The notes beneath the pieces were generated by a model, which had not been told where the DNA came from, did not search any database, and saw only the letters and a program-made list of their open reading frames with translations. A stretch of 63,480 nucleotides of DNA, counting the filler, from Phoronis australis (taxonomy: Eukaryota; Animalia; Phoronida), in the NCBI GenBank assembly GCA_002633005.1. It is 4 parts of 4 records of this genome, joined end to end, with 100 filler letters (N's around TTAATTAATTAA, not from the genome) between each part and the next. Parts side by side here need not be neighbours in the genome. Positions count along the whole stretch, not along the records: positions 1 to 30,593 come from NMRA01001026.1; 3 more parts are not named here. One strand, written 5' to 3'. Position numbers and translations under genes: made by a program. Shown in pieces: positions 12,700 to 27,500 of the stretch. Numbering within the stretch: the first letter of the stretch is position 1; each line of letters opens with the position of its first letter.

Positions 12700-15600
12700 A
12701 ACATTAACGGGTTTTTTGTTGACAATAAAACAATCGATGCAATCCCTGAATGTCTTCCGCAAAATGCTTACTAAGTTGAAAAGTTAGTACAAATTAGTAC
12801 AAACAGTTACTTCTGAAAGGAAAACTCAATGTCACTCAGTGAGAAAGGACAGGTATTTATACCAGATGCTTTTGGTTTTCATTTCATTGGGATCGAGTTT
12901 CAATGGCCTATACAAGCGCTTGTAAAAAGGTTGGCAAGTGGCTTTCCTTCATGTAACCGCATTCAGTCTCAGTAAAGTCCACAGTTAGATCCTTGAAGGT
13001 GAACACAACATCATATCACTTGACTCGCTTTGTGCACAAAATCTGCCCTGAACTAAACCAGCTTCAGTCCCTCATGTTTTTCCACGAAAGGAAATAAGCC
13101 ATTGCTGCCTATGAAAGGGCATCCTCACCAATGAGGCTGACTGGTGTAGCAGTCAGATATAGTTCCTCTTCATACACAAACAATCCACTGGCACATTTTC
13201 GTATAGTAATTTAGTACTGAGGTTCACATTTCTCCAGCGCTGCTGGTGTGTAAACGACATGTTGTGGGAAGAGAAAGGAGTAACAAAGCTTGTCTACGTT
13301 CAGCTTGAAGTGGCCTTAAAATGTCACTGAACCTGGAACAAACATTGAAACATGAATAATTAAGTACGTCAGGTTGGATCAAAAACGCTGCCCTTGTTTT
13401 TCAAAAATATATGGTAAGTGCTTACAATTTCACACAAAATTAAATAATTACTATTTCCAGAAAGCAACGGTGTATATAATATAATAAGCATTGATTTGTA
13501 TAGAAGTACGTCTATATTTTTCATTCCTAGCCATAACAATGCTTTAAACGCATCACTTGTCTGCAAAATATGCAAATTATCTTCAAACCTTTGATACCAT
13601 TTTCAAGCCTTTTGATTTTTGATACTTTCAGCAATTATAAACACCGATTACAGACTCATGGGTCTGTCAAGCACACTTCTGGTCTATGGCTGAGGGAACC
13701 GTTTCTCAGATTTTTTATTTTTCTTCTAATAGAGGATACGAAAACTTGGGTCACTTAAAAAATGATGGATAATCTTTCTGTTGTTTAAGAGTAATTAAAG
13801 GCACCATTGTTTGCGTATTGGCAGAAAGAATAAGATGTTCAAACACGACCTCGCGTCAAAAATGCAATTTTCACAAAAATGACAAGTCATATGAATCTAT
13901 AAACGATTTTTAACATTTCAAGGCATGAGTTAAGACTGTTCAGTTGTTGAGAATTCGGAGAATGTAATATATTTTTAGGGGTTTACAGTGGATAGCAAAG
14001 CAGTTTCATGAAACGTGAAAGAACTTCATGAACTTTAAGAATTACCTCACCATGTTCTTTCCCCCGGACACTATTACCTGTTATTTCCATGGCACATTCA
14101 GTTGCAACAAATTTTACAACCCTCAACCCCCTATGCCAGCCTCCCGCTAAGGACCTGAATAAGTAAATTAATAAAACAATATACATACCTGTCTTTAAAA
14201 ATAGCTGTCCCTTTTTATAGGCTTTGTTCTTTGTCTCCGATATAGAAAGTAGACTTTGACAACAGATCTGCACTGGATAAGAAGATCTTTCTGGTTAGCT
14301 GCCTGTAGTCAACCAATTTTTGTACATTCAGGGACGGTTGCGATGCATATCTCCTCTGCATTGTACTAGCCCTCAAACCTAAAAACCAAAGTTCAGGTGA
14401 AAACAGACATGATAAATTCCCATGTCAACGTGTAATAGATTTCCGGACGACATAGGATAGGGAGTAAACAAATATAGTCTAATGGATATTTGTCACGTAC
14501 CCTTTGGACTTGGATTGTTTTCTTACCTCACCAACAAATATGATTTGACAGCATAAACATTCAGCTTTGATTGATGTAACTGTCACTGATAAACCTGTTA
14601 AAAATCATTCCAAACATTAATAATACTACTTTGATACACCAAAAGAGTGCTATGTCAAGTATCGTAACGCACAGACTTGTTTTATATATCTGAGCAACAA
14701 ACAATGATTAAGGAGAATGCCACCCGATTTAATTAGTCTTTTGCCGTCTTAATCGGTCTGTATCCACATCGCCTTGCATACGGTCGACCCTAACTTGCCA
14801 GGAGGTGTCGCGTTAACCTGTGAGGAAGGTGAGAAACGACGCTAGCGACGTCAGTGGTTCATATGCAGAGTGAATGCCGCTATGTTGCGGTGCATCGTTC
14901 CCGCTTCTTCGAACTAAGCAGCTACAAGGAAAGCGGGTATATATTTTTTTTTACTTCCTCGAGAGTCCGAAATGCTTAGGAAGTGGCTCATGGTAGTGAA
15001 GAATGAAATGTACGCTGTAAATAGCAAGTATGAGGCCGTGAAACATCTCCGTGTCTGTGGCCTGCAGACGTCGACAGGGCCTGACGAATGCCAGGCTTAC
15101 CAAATAACTACATACGTTCCGTTGTCTGAGTTTGTTCGCTGCGCCTTTCTAGAATTTCTTCACCACTGTATTCCTGTTCGAATTGATAGGCTGTAAAACT
15201 TAACGATCCACCTGCGAAGTCGGGACTGATGAGCTCTAGCTCGTCTTAAGTCGGGATTGCGACTGAGTTGCCATGTTGGCGTTTATTACTGAGCGTTCTG
15301 TTTCAAAATGAATTATTGTCACCTTAACCAATACTTATATAAAACTAAGACAAAGTCTGTCTCATTAGATGCAATTTGTAATGCCTTTGGAGTGTTCGTG
15401 AGTGCAAATGATTTGAGAAGCCAGCAATGAATAAATCACTGCGTTACCGGCTTTAGGTGCAATAAAACTAATTGACCGGGGACACCGAGGCCGTGTGAGC
15501 TCATGCTAATTTAGTGTTTGCTGGCAGAAACTGTTGTGAAACAAATCGATTTCCATCACACGGCTAGGTGCTAGGGGAATCTTTGTTTACATTTACATTA

Positions 15601-16607
15601 CTCAAATAATGATTGTCAATGTACAACTTCTGCCCTGACGGTGCTGTGGCCAAAGCGGAATGAATTCGCGGCCCGGCGGCCCCCGACGAGTAAGTAGATT
15701 TGCAGTTTCGTGGCTAATTCACCAACATAATCAGATGCACATTAATTTGGCTCACTAGATAGTAACTCAACTTTGGCTTCTTTATGTTCATGATGTCTGA
15801 TCAGTTTCCGAGCCACGGCCGGGATAACGCCGGAGTGAACTGAATCCGGTCGGCCGCGACGGGCCTGATCGGGCTCCGAGCCACTAGCCTTATAACAAGC
15901 GTTTTGTGTTTAGAAATAAAATAACACAAGTCTAAACACAGATCTAGGTTCTCTTGTCTGTATCTCACGGAAATTACTTCGAAATTACGGTGTGTCCAAA
16001 TACCAATAAAGCCGTAAGAGCGAAATAAAACAACACGTTTTTATAAGAACTCAAGTGTATTTTTAAGGGTTTTGCATCGAAGTTTGATGATTCATTGGTG
16101 TTAAACGAGGACTTCAAGCGATAAGCCGACACCAGTAACCCGGGTTGTGAACAGCTGAACAGACTGAAGTGAAACCGATGACGTCATTGGATAATTTCAG
16201 CACCTCCGTCTGCCGTGAGGTGTCAGGTAACGCAACCGTACTTGTCGTTATCGAGTAGAACTACTCGATCTAAATTGATACAGATTGGGTAGTTTTTTGG
16301 GTGGCATGCTCCTTTAACCCGATTGGTGACTGCCGCGAAGTCGACATCGCCCAGTAGGCCTACCTCAATTAATAGGTATCAGTTTTTTAAACATGGAGTA
16401 ATCGTTAACATAGTCACAAACCTTACCTTTGTATAAGGTCATACTTACTTCCTCTCATCGATGCATCCTTTTCACGCAATACCAGATTCAGTTGGCACGG
16501 CTGCAAATTCACCATGTACTAAAGGGCTCGCGAAATCGAAGCTGCTTAATCTAGCACCACTAGTACACGTGCGCTCTGTAGTAATGTAAAGATTGTCGAA
16601 TAGCCCC
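12700..16607. mobile_element. Second, more diverged ISL2EU copy (YqaJ arm and right terminus), interrupted by a Kolobok-type element
   Basis: Colinear with about 36860-39136, including the YqaJ remnant at about 12890-13332. Ends GAATAGCCCC|AT. Left terminus not found. Confidence 0.8.
14712..16313 (+). mobile_element. Kolobok-type non-autonomous DNA transposon with THAP remnant
   Basis: TTAA|GGAGAATGCCACCC ... GGGTGGCATGCTCCT|TTAA. The empty site (aagaTTAAccaga) is seen in the homologous copies at 303-316 and about 38830. Internal remnant MLRKWLMVVKNEMYAVNSKYEAVKHLRVCG. Confidence 0.8.
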
Positions 16608-17519
16608 ATTTGCGACTTTCCGGCTGCGTTTTCTTGCTACCATCATCATTGTGTTCGATCCCAGTCTATGTTTTGGCCATACATGTTCAGTCAAACGTTT
16701 CACATATGCTTGGTTAACAACATTGAAGTGAACAGGTTAAATACACAATTGAGCCATATCGGCCCTAATTGTGTATTGCTTCAACATCCAGTTCCTAGAA
16801 TCCCATGTACAGTATTCTGTATCCTGCATGTCTCTGTTTATTACTTGGCGGAACTCTTCGAATTCTATGCCAGCTGTCGGAAATTGTAAAGTGCACCAAT
16901 TTACATGTCCCACACCTCGTCAAACGTTGAGTCCCTGTCCTCCCCCGGAAAAAATTAAAACTCATTCAGAGCTCAGACAGACCTCAGACAACAAGGGCTG
17001 CTATATCTGAGTTCAGGGATTTCTCGGTTTACTTAACAAAGAAGTCGTTTATTTGAAGGGTTTTAAGCGTTATCAAAAGGACTGAAAGGGCTGTTCAAAT
17101 GCGTGTCAAACACCACAGCTCACTCTTTGGCCGGCGCTAAATTGCACAGGTACAATATGAAAATGATCTTTATCCCATACGCGCTGAATGAGTTGAGGGA
17201 AATACGGCCATGTAACGATGTTTTCCGTATTCAACTCCCAAACTACTTCAACAGGTCAATCCTTCGGTAACTAAAATAGCAAATTGTTGTCATTTAACTA
17301 TTTTCAGGGGATGTTACAACTTCAATACACAGTTACCGTTGTTTTCATCTTTTCAGGCAATAAATCGTTACATTTAAAACTGTTTCTTTTACTAGAATTA
17401 AACTTGCAGCCTAACGCGCAAGTACATAGATATAGGATGTGATCAGCCACGTGAAGAGTGAAGTATTTAAAAAGTCTGCAGAAAAAATGAAAGAAACTTA
17501 GGAATTCGAAGCGTATGGG

Positions 17520-17682
17520 ATAAATACAAAACCTACCTCGATTGGCGTAGATGAAGTAATATCACACAAGAAATTATTCCGCGTATCGATCGAGACTGAA
17601 GGTAGAGGTCGATACGTGCGGAATAATGTCTCGTGGGATATTACTTCATCTACGCAACTCTCCGTACGTTTTGTGTATTTAT
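17520..17682. mobile_element. Palindromic MITE
   Basis: Arms of about 70 bp (gcgtagatgaagtaatatc..attattccgcgtatcga / tcgatacgtgcggaataat..gatattacttcatctacgc) around a short loop. Confidence 0.7.
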
Positions 17683-18119
17683 TTCAGCATGATATTGACT
17701 GCAATACCAGGATCATGATAATTCCTTCTCCCTATTATTTTTTAATCCAGATTACTGCTGTATCAGAATCAAATGACGGTTGGATGTTGGGATAATCCAA
17801 TTTTCCCGATACCCGCACTTCTTTATGCCATAATTGAAAACGCAACCTTCCCGGTTTATATAGTGTCGAGAGTGAGCATCGTGTAGTAGAATACTCCCCA
17901 ATCTTTTTTAAATGAAATCGCGCCAACTTGAAAGTACGCGTTTCATACGGGAGAAGTAACAATTGAAGTAAAACACAGACTTAATTTCAAACGATGCATA
18001 GATGACATAAAACTCAGACCTCAGGAAAAAATTGAAAAAATATGCAATTGATATATATTAGCATCAACTGCGCAAGGACCAATTACGTATAATTTTTGTC
18101 TGCTATGAAAATTGAATTT

Positions 18120-21100
18120 TTTGCGACCAGCATGCTGAAGCCTCTCATGATAGTGACGAACTATAAGCACAGTAACAGTCCTTTGACGGCAACAGGATCA
18201 GATGTTTTTCACCATAGCTCAAATCAGATGTGCCAAGTCGATCGCCAATCCTGATCACACCCTCACTACTCACAAATGGATCAAGGGCACGTATGGAGCT
18301 CGTACGTGGCACAGACGTTACATTCTGCGAACCAGAACTAGCCTGCAGAATCACCATCTCAGAAGCGAAATGCCTTGATTGTACGGAGCGCACTATCTCA
18401 ATCTCTGCCTGTACGACTTCGTCCACGAACTACACATCCCGTGAGCTCGTCCCGCCTTCCTCGCGCCTCAGATAGTTCACAAATCGACGGAGGTAAGCCA
18501 CTGCTCTACACAGACAATACCAGTCAGAATAACGCTTGATCAAGCACCCCAACAGACTTCTTGTATAAGCACTCTCTTCGCGTGACCACATCCACAGGAT
18601 CTAATACTTCAACAGAGTCAGAATGAAATGACGTCGCATTAACAGGACACACAACATATTGCTGGGGCCACTTCTTTTCAGGCTGCCACAAAAAATCAGG
18701 ACCACTCAACCAACGACTGTTGTGAATGAACTTTTCACTAGTAATGCCCCTAAACCGTTCATCTGCAGGATTTACTTTCGTATCCACATATCTCCATTGG
18801 CAGGGCTGAGAAAACTCTCGAATCAATTGCACGCGATTAGCAACAAATATGGGAAACTGCCTCACCTCATTACGAATGAAATGCAACACAGCGGTGGAAT
18901 CAGTGTAGTACATGATGCTGTCTGGCTCGAACAGCTCTCGGCGCATCAGTTCACTCAGACGCACTGCAACTGTAGAGGCCGTAAGCTCATGTCGAGGAAC
19001 GGTTAGTCTTCTTCTGTGGTGAAACTCTTGCTTTGCCAATGGGAAAAGTGCAATGCACGCTACCTTTGTCGTCGCAAAGGCGAGCATACACGGACGCTGC
19101 AGAACCCACGGTACTGGCATCTGAAAAAACATGGAACTGAAAAGATTTAACAGAGTCAAAATCATAGGGCTTCAAACATCTCTTGATAGATACATTCTGC
19201 AATGAAGTAATATCACTAAGCCAACGACGTCATGATATGCCCAGCTATTGAGATATCTCATCGTCCCATCTTAGATCTTTTTCAGCACAAAGTTTCGGAA
19301 GCAGCAGCTTGGCAGGTAATACCAACGGAGCAATTAATCCCAGTGGATCAAAAACAGACGCTACTGTAGCAAAGATTCCCCTGCGGGTAGCTGATTTAGA
19401 ACCCAAGGCTGTCGAGAACCGGAATTCATCCGCTGAGACGTTCCATTCCATACCCAGGGCACGATCTACCTAAACACTTCCACCTTCAAAGCCGGAAACA
19501 GCATGTCCGACCTTGGAACGCTCCCCTTCAGGAACTATTCTCATAACTTCGGCACTATTACTAAGAAACTTCGTGAGCCGAAATCCGTCCAAAGCACATT
19601 CAAGCTTTCTTCAAATCACGGATGAGCGTAACACCATTCTCCACAGTGCCAACAGATTTTAGGCAATCGTCAACGTAAAAGTTCCGTAATATTGTCTCGC
19701 CGACGACATTTGAAACGTCGAAATCTGCAGGGATACGCTTCAGCGCATAGTTGCACACGCTCGGCGACGACACTGCTCCAAAAAATATGCACGGTCATCT
19801 GATATTCTTCAAGCTGTCGTGAAAGTTCACCGTCTGGCCACCAACGAAATCTGAGGAAATCCATGTGGTCTTCAGGAACATTAACTTGGTGAAACATCGC
19901 CTCAACGTCACCCATGAAAGCCACTGTTTCCTGACGGAAACGAGTCAAAACACCCACCAACGAGTTGATGAAATTTGGGCCACGCAGCAAACTATCGTTG
20001 AGACACACACCTTCAAATCTTTCGCTACAATCAAACACTACACGTATCTTCTCCGGCTTATTGGGATGATAGACTCCATGGTGTGGCAAGTACCAAACAC
20101 TTCCAGTCTGAGTCGAGAGCCGATCCGAAGGGACTTTCCTGGCATGACCCTTATCAAATAGAACAGTCATAAATTTAGCGTAATCACGCCGGTAAGAATC
20201 CGACCTCAACATCTTTTTCCTCTGCCCCAACGCCCGCTGTAAAGCATGGACCCGATTGTTCAGCATGTGGGGACGTTCTTCACGAAATGGTAGCGGTATT
20301 TCGTACTGTCCGCACTGAACCTGTGCACCGTCATCTAAAATCTTCATAAATCGACGATCTTCCACAGACATACTGTACCCTTCTCGTCGGAGTGATGACT
20401 CTCCGTATCACAGAAATCTCGTTCCAGCACCTGGCGAATATCATCAGTACTCTGGTCCACAGCTACTCTCCTGCTGACTGCAACATCCTGAACACACACC
20501 ATGTGGCACGACATCTCGCTCACATCACCTCCGGCCACGTTCAAAAGGCCATTGACAGTCCACCCATGCCGTAGCCTCACGCCAAATGGTCGTTCCTTGA
20601 AGACGGAAACACCTCCAAAGGCTCCAGGGCAAGCGGACAATTGCTGCCAAACAACAACCCAATATCAATTTGCGGCACAAAATCTGCAACACATTAAGCT
20701 AAAGCTTCAAGATTCGGTGATTTACGAAGAACCTCTGGCCTGGGAATGTGACAATGCTGAATAGGTATTTCGTGATGAGAGTAAGTCTTGGGAAGACGCA
20801 CGGCATTCGCCCCCTGCAGGTCCGTGACTACAAGTCCTGAAACGACGTTAGAATCAACATACGTAGATCCATGCATGGTAGCTTAGCAGTTACGGAATCA
20901 ACACCAATCTGGTCTAGCAGAGCCTCCGAAACAAAGCATGCAGTGCTACTTTGATCATGGAATGCGTACGTGTTAATAAAGGAATCTGATGATTCATGAT
21001 GAATTTTAACCGGAAGTATGGATTGCAAAATCTCGCAACTATCAATTTTATCATCAACTACCAGACAAGAATGCTGATTAGGTCCCTCGGTCCGAGTTCC

Positions 21101-23400
21101 AGACTCAATACAGTTCTTACGTGACGTATATCCATAGTCGTGAAGACATGTCGGGTGAGGCTTGGAACATCTGGCACAAACTTTCTTTTTAGCACAACCC
21201 TTCACCAAATGGTTAGCTCGAAGACACCCGAAACACAGCTGCTTTTTTGCAATGAAGGCTCTTCTTTCTTCATACGGCTTTTCCATAAAATTGGAACAGC
21301 AATTGATATCGTGAGCTCGGCTACAAAATAAACATAACATAAACTGTCTTTCCAGTTCTACCAACCTCGGTAGAGGAGTTAGCACTCTTAGTGGTACAGG
21401 TTTCCTCGGAATGTGCAGGACACGAACTAAACAATGCATCTTTGCCAAACACTGGATCACTGGCAGCCTGAGAAGCGTGTGAAACAAAGTCAACTAAATC
21501 AGTGAAGGATGCCCGAAACCTTGCATTTCTATAAGATGCAGCTTTGTCCCTCAATTTATTTTGCAAGTACAAGGGTAACTTACGTACAGCCGTCTGGAGG
21601 TTAGATGGATGATTTAAGACTTCAAGTGATGAAATACCAATCATCGCATGCCGACATCTTTCTAGATAATGAGCATACCGACGCAAAGCAGAAGCATCCT
21701 CATTCTTGACGCTGGCCCATTTGTTAAGTCTGTCCACATAAGCATTCGCAATCTTGAAGTGGTCGCCGTATTCCATGTCCAACAGTTTCCGTGTTTCCAT
21801 ATAACCACGTGCAGGATCCATATACAAGCATCCTCCAATCAAATTCTTTGGTTCTCCCATCAGGGCCCAGTTGCATAAAAGTTATACGCCGTATAGCAAC
21901 AATGATGTCGCATTATCACGCATCACGTTGTTATTGTTGAACAATGCAACTGACGTCATGCAACAATCAAACTTATCCAGTGGATAACTTTTGAAGCTTT
22001 ATGCAAATCAGCCCAGGTGTTGATCTAAAAAGTAAAGCAAGTCTCAGTGATGGGTTAGATACTCTCGCAGACACTCTAGCATCAAACGCCATAAGGAAAG
22101 ACGAGCCACTTAACGCATCTCCATTAAACTTGGGAACCTCAATAACCGGCAGCGATACCCAACTGGCTAAACTTTGATAAGCTGCAAGAACTGCGTTTGT
22201 TGAGGTGTCGCTTGGTGTAAAGACACGAGCTGTAGGATCTAACAATTCTCTGTGACATACCTCAGGATATCTGTACTGCTTACCACTTCCCTCAAACTGA
22301 GGTGGTAGGAGGCGAAGATGAGAGACTCACTGGTAGTACAGCTGCATTGGCCTCTGTAGGTGTAGGTATATACGCTGTACTCTTTATGACGTCATTCCTC
22401 GCAGCAGAGATCCAAACGGCTGGGCGTTCACCTGAAGCTAGACTGAAAAGAGGATATAGAGCAACAACTAGACACAACATGAGCATTATCAGTGGATACT
22501 TGAATATTTGCTAACGTAGGATTACTATAAACCAAACTATTGTGAGATAAACTACTTTGAGTCCCATGCTCATTAACAGTCTGTTGCACAGCATCCACGT
22601 GTAGCTTTGTCCACTGATTCGACGGCAACCTTTGACGATCTACAATACGGCACTGATGACGTCATTTGTTTACACACATCGGCGTAGGTTCGTCAACCGG
22701 TGGCGTTGAAGTCGCTGATGCACTAACCGTCACGGGCACGTCACAAGATAGCAGCTTTGACATCACTGGCGTACCGACGACGACGGATGGTTCACGCACC
22801 AGCGGCACTGAAGACGCTAGCCAACTAATAGACGCCGGCTCCTGTCCATCGGAAATACTCTCGTATGCATTGGCGATTGCGAGTTCTGTGTCTATCTGCA
22901 GTGCTCTCGCACGTCTTTCTAATGACAACTGTTCTTCTTAAACCTGCGACTCTAACATCAGAAATTCTTTTGCCTCAGCCTCGCGTTCTCTGGCTCGTAT
23001 CTCATGCATTTTTGCTCTTGTTTCACGCTCCAACTGCTGCTGCTTGATCCGCAACTCCAGTTTTGCCTGCTGTTCCTTGATCAGCATCTCCGCTTCCATC
23101 GCTTGTTTACGCGCCAGCAACTTGGCCTTCTTCAACCTGACGCTAGCCACTGAAGACTGCGACCTAGCACTCAAAGCAGTGTTTGCGGTGTGAGCGGATA
23201 CAGAGCTAAAGGCGTCCTCACCATACACACTAGACGCAGCAACGACAACTTGTTGTCCCTCACGCTCCTCCGCTTCACCTGGTAATTCGTCAGAATGTCA
23301 GACGGTCTCATGGTCGGTTGGTGGAACTTCCATGCGCACGACTGTTAATAGTGCTAAGACAGCACTAGCTGTTATAACTAATGCAGCCGCGGATAAGTTA
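18120..23400 (-). mobile_element. Degenerate BEL/Pao LTR retrotransposon internal region (gag-pol), truncated in the integrase
   Basis: Frameshifted ORFs in order: coiled-coil and DUF1759-like gag (LPVIEVPKFNGD), three Zn knuckles (CLFCSRAH, CFGCLRANH, CARCSKPH), protease (YAFHDQSS), RT (WYLPHHGVY, KIRVVFDCS, DVEAMFHQV, FYVDDCL), Pao RNase H (HVFSDAS, YTDS, FVANRV, NPAD), then the integrase start LIVRHYHERLQHAG, after which similarity stops. Confidence 0.93.
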
Positions 23401-23495
23401 AAAGCCGTTTGCATAACACACTTTATTATTTAGTTGCAAGCGATGAAAAGTGTCCCAACATGCGTTGAAAAGGAGAAACCGAAAAAGCGGTTATC

Positions 23496-24045
23496 TGTAA
23501 TGAAGAAAAACACACAGTCTGAGTACTCGGCAAGCAAGCGTAATTAACAAGCACTATATACCAAGAGCGTTAGAAAGACTCGCGACTATGACAGGCAAAT
23601 ACTACATGTACCTCGCTAACAATACACAATTAACTGGAACCCGTACTATCTATTCTATACTGGAAACCATTACCATGCACAAACAACTGCCTAACTGCGA
23701 CCCGTAACTATTTATTCTATGAACCGGGTACCGCGCAACATATACACATAACAAGCAGATGAATGAAACTATACATGTACGTTAAACAACAACTATACAC
23801 GCTCTGAACTTAGTTAGTAGATACACACGAGTGCAACATGCTATGCCATAATACTCAGTACTTACAACAGTTTGGCCAACAGTCTGTGCTTAATATAAAA
23901 GTTCAAGCATCCGAGGAAAACACATGATTCGCGTTACAGATCTTGTCAACGAGTGCCGCTTTACACGAGAAACGCTAGTCACCAAAACCCGCGTAACATA
24001 CAGAGGCTAATACGTAATAATAGCCGGCCGGTCAAGCTACTATTA
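23496..24045 (-). repeat. Possible 5' LTR of the BEL/Pao element
   Basis: Non-coding stretch just upstream of gag with short internal repeats (ccgta(a)ctat.tattctat x2; atac(t)acatgtac). No second LTR to compare with, so the boundaries are guesses. Confidence 0.3.
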
Positions 24046-24243
24046 GACTATGCAAATGCTAGCCACTGGAAAGAACCGGATTACTAAAAGTAACCCAATC
24101 ACAGTGGTGCAAGATGTACTTCTACCTACAAAGAAAATAAACAGCGTGATATGTAAACAAAACACAAAAACCAATGACAAAAAGTGATGCACGGCTTCAA
24201 CAATCATCATCATCACCATCACCATCATCATTATCCCCATTAA

Positions 24244-24564
24244 AGGAGAATGCCACCCAAAATATAATCTATTTTGTATCAATTTAGATCGAGTAGTTCT
24301 ACTCGATAACGGCACGTTCGGTTGCGTTACCTGACACCTGACGGCAGACTGAGGTGTTGAAATTATCCATTGACGTAATTGGTTTTACACGTAGTCTGTT
24401 CAGCAGTTCATAACACGGGTTAGTGGTGTCAGCTTATCGCTTGGAATTCAGCGTTTAACACCAATAAATCATCAAAGTTCGATGTAAAACCCTTAAAAAT
24501 ACACCGAGTTCTTATAAAAACGTGTTGTTTTATTTCGCCGTTACGGATTTACTGGTATTTGGAC
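24244..24564 (-). mobile_element. Kolobok-type terminal fragment
   Basis: TTAA|AGGAGAATGCCACCC; reverse complement of about 15994-16313; cut off at the hAT terminus. Confidence 0.75.
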
Positions 24565-27500
24565 CAGGCCCGTAGGAAGGTAACTTCTAATTTCGAAACC
24601 AGGTATATATCAACGCTGTAAAATGAACTACTGCAACCACTAGGTACGTTTTGAATTATATGAAAAAATATGTCTACTAATAATAAGGTGTGTAACAGAT
24701 GCTGTACTTTTAGAGTTAATTTTTTGTTAAGATTGACTGGAAATTTTTGGAGCAACATACATGCCGCTCATACGATTACTCTTGCTGAACAGTAAGAATG
24801 AAGGTGTGAAATAATTATAAATGTTTTTATTTACTCTTCAACATAAATCAGTGGACGTTGCCCTGCTGCACACAGGAACTCGGGCTGGAGATAAGTCTAA
24901 CGTGGTAAAAACCCCGAGTTGTGCCTTTCGCATTTCACTTCCTCGTACAAAACCGTTTGCCACATCCAGCAAATTTATCTTATCGCACATGTCTTTGTGA
25001 ACATGGAGCAACATTAAATGGTTCAACCTCAACTGTCCCATTGTGGAACGTAAATATGACTTAACACGCCTAAGAGCACTAAATGCTCGTTCGCTACTGG
25101 CATTTGTTGCAGGCATCACTAACAGCAAGTTTGCTAGTTTAATTACATTTTCGATCATGTGTTTTTGACCGGCTGATAATTTCTGCAAATGATCCACAAC
25201 ACGAGACAATGTTACCTCTTGACTACCATCCTGTGCATAATTGGCCCCAAACGTAGCCAGGTGACATCGCAGTGTTGAATCAAAATCATCTTCATAAAAA
25301 CTGATAACATCTTGGTATTCATTTTCAAAGTTTTCCCCTTTTGCCGCCTTGAGTATCAGCTCCTCACACTGCATATAAATTTTGTAATCTTCTTGATCAA
25401 ACCTGTCCCGTATTGATGCAATGATATTGTCAAGAGCTTCAAAATAAATTCTTCTATAATAATCTTCTGGACTCGAAGAAAACTCCGGAGGCGCATTTCC
25501 TGTTTCGTATCTAGCGGGTTTTCTATTGCGTCTAGGGAGACCAGGATCTTTGACGTGATGATCCTTTGCACAAGCTAGGACTTCATCCCAGAAGTTTTTA
25601 AATTCTCTGTCGTTTCTCATCCGTTCTAATGTAGTAAGGGTCATTTTGGCAATCTTTTGAGCCTCAGCCGCGGACATCTGAACGCTTTGTAAAGTTGTAC
25701 TCAGATTGTCAGCATGCACCAACAGGCGCTCTGAAAGTACTAAACCGTAAAAGAAACTAAACTGTGTCATGTGAGACTGAATTCCACGTATCCGCGCTTT
25801 CATTTCTGAATCATTGCAATTTTGGACTCCCCAGGACCAGAGTTCCTGTAAACAATCATAGTTACCTATCACACGATTCAGAGCGTCAGCCTTCACGGTC
25901 CATCTCGTTGGACACAGTTGCCGAATATTACCCACTTCTCTGTCGTCAAGCAACGCATCTCGTATTTTATTCAACTGTGCGTCACGTTTGGGAGATTTTT
26001 TTATCAGTTTGGTAATTTCGTACGTGGTGTCTAAAGCATCTGCCATCAGCTTGCATCGTTTGATACTATCTGAGCAGGCAAGATTCAACGCGTGGCCATA
26101 ACAATGTGTGTACAGGGCGCGATGTTCTTCCTGTTTAATGTTGACAACGACTCCATTTTTGGACCCACTCATTGTGCTGCAACCATCATAGCATTGACCA
26201 CGACATCTGCTTAAAGACAAGTTCATCCGCAACAGTGTGTCTTTTAGAAGTGACGTAATTGTTTGGGCATCCATCAATTCCAAGCGGCGAAATCCGATGA
26301 AATCTTCATGGGGTTGTAATGATTCGTCTACCCATCGGATACAAACGACGAGTTGTTCGCTATTAGACACGTCAGTAGTTTCGTCTGCCAGTATACTAAA
26401 ATAAGGACTGCCGCGAATGCACGACGCTATTTCTCGGAGAACTTTTAAAGCCATCAGTTTGATCGCTTCATTTTGAATATCTGGAGACGTATATTTATTT
26501 GTTTTCTGCGACAACCATGATTTCAAAATATCTGTCTCTGTTTCTTTTAGATGGAGTAGTTGAATAAAATTGGAATCTTGTTCATCTCCGTCACCCCTAA
26601 ACGGTATACCTTGTCTTGCCAAAAAACGTATGTTTGTTAATATTTTCAGGAACATTCTGCGGTTTTTCGCTTTTTGCTCTCCGTGGGCTGTTGACAGTTG
26701 TTCCGCAACATCTTTGACAGACAACTTCACTATCAGTGTGCGTTCCATTGCTTCTTTATGGCACTCAGATTTCTCATGCTTCGTAAAGCCAGACGTCTTG
26801 TCAGTAGCCTTTTTCCAGTTGGTATAACCGGTAACAACAAATGATAGCTCTTGTTTTGCTGAAGACAGCAGACCCATGTGGTAAGCTTTTGCACATATGT
26901 GACACAACACCTTATCTTCCCCCTCAATATAATGCAGCCACGGCCATGAGATAAACCACTGTTTTTGAAATTGACGATTTTTCTTGCCAAAAGGTCGTTT
27001 TGGAAAGACGTGATTTGAAGGTTGGTGTGGATGCTCGGGAATGTCGTGTAAACCACGTTTTTCTTGCATGGTGTGAGCCGACTGAGAAGAACTGTTTTGG
27101 TGAGTGTGGGAGTTTTCACTTGGTGCTGAAGAGCTACAATAAAGCTCCTGTGACTGGCTCGATGGTTCTAAATTCGTAGTACCAGATTTGTGAGTCCCAG
27201 CGTTCACCACAAGTGGCTCTGTGTGCAATGTGGCTTCTTCAGAAGTGCTGTTTGCTAACTGCGTAGGACAGCTACTGTGGGACTCCAGGACGTCCGATAG
27301 TTCTGTGTTTGACGTTTCAGAGTTACTTTTTATATTCCAAGCTGAAGCACCTCCAGGTTTAGTGCGTGATGCGCCGCCTATTAAGTGAGTTTCGAGCGTG
27401 AGTGAGTTACTGGTTACAGGTAGGGATTTTACCTTAAAGAAGGCACCTATTTTTCTTTGGTGACTGGAAGCGTGCTGCTTCTTTGCTCTTGAACATTCCT

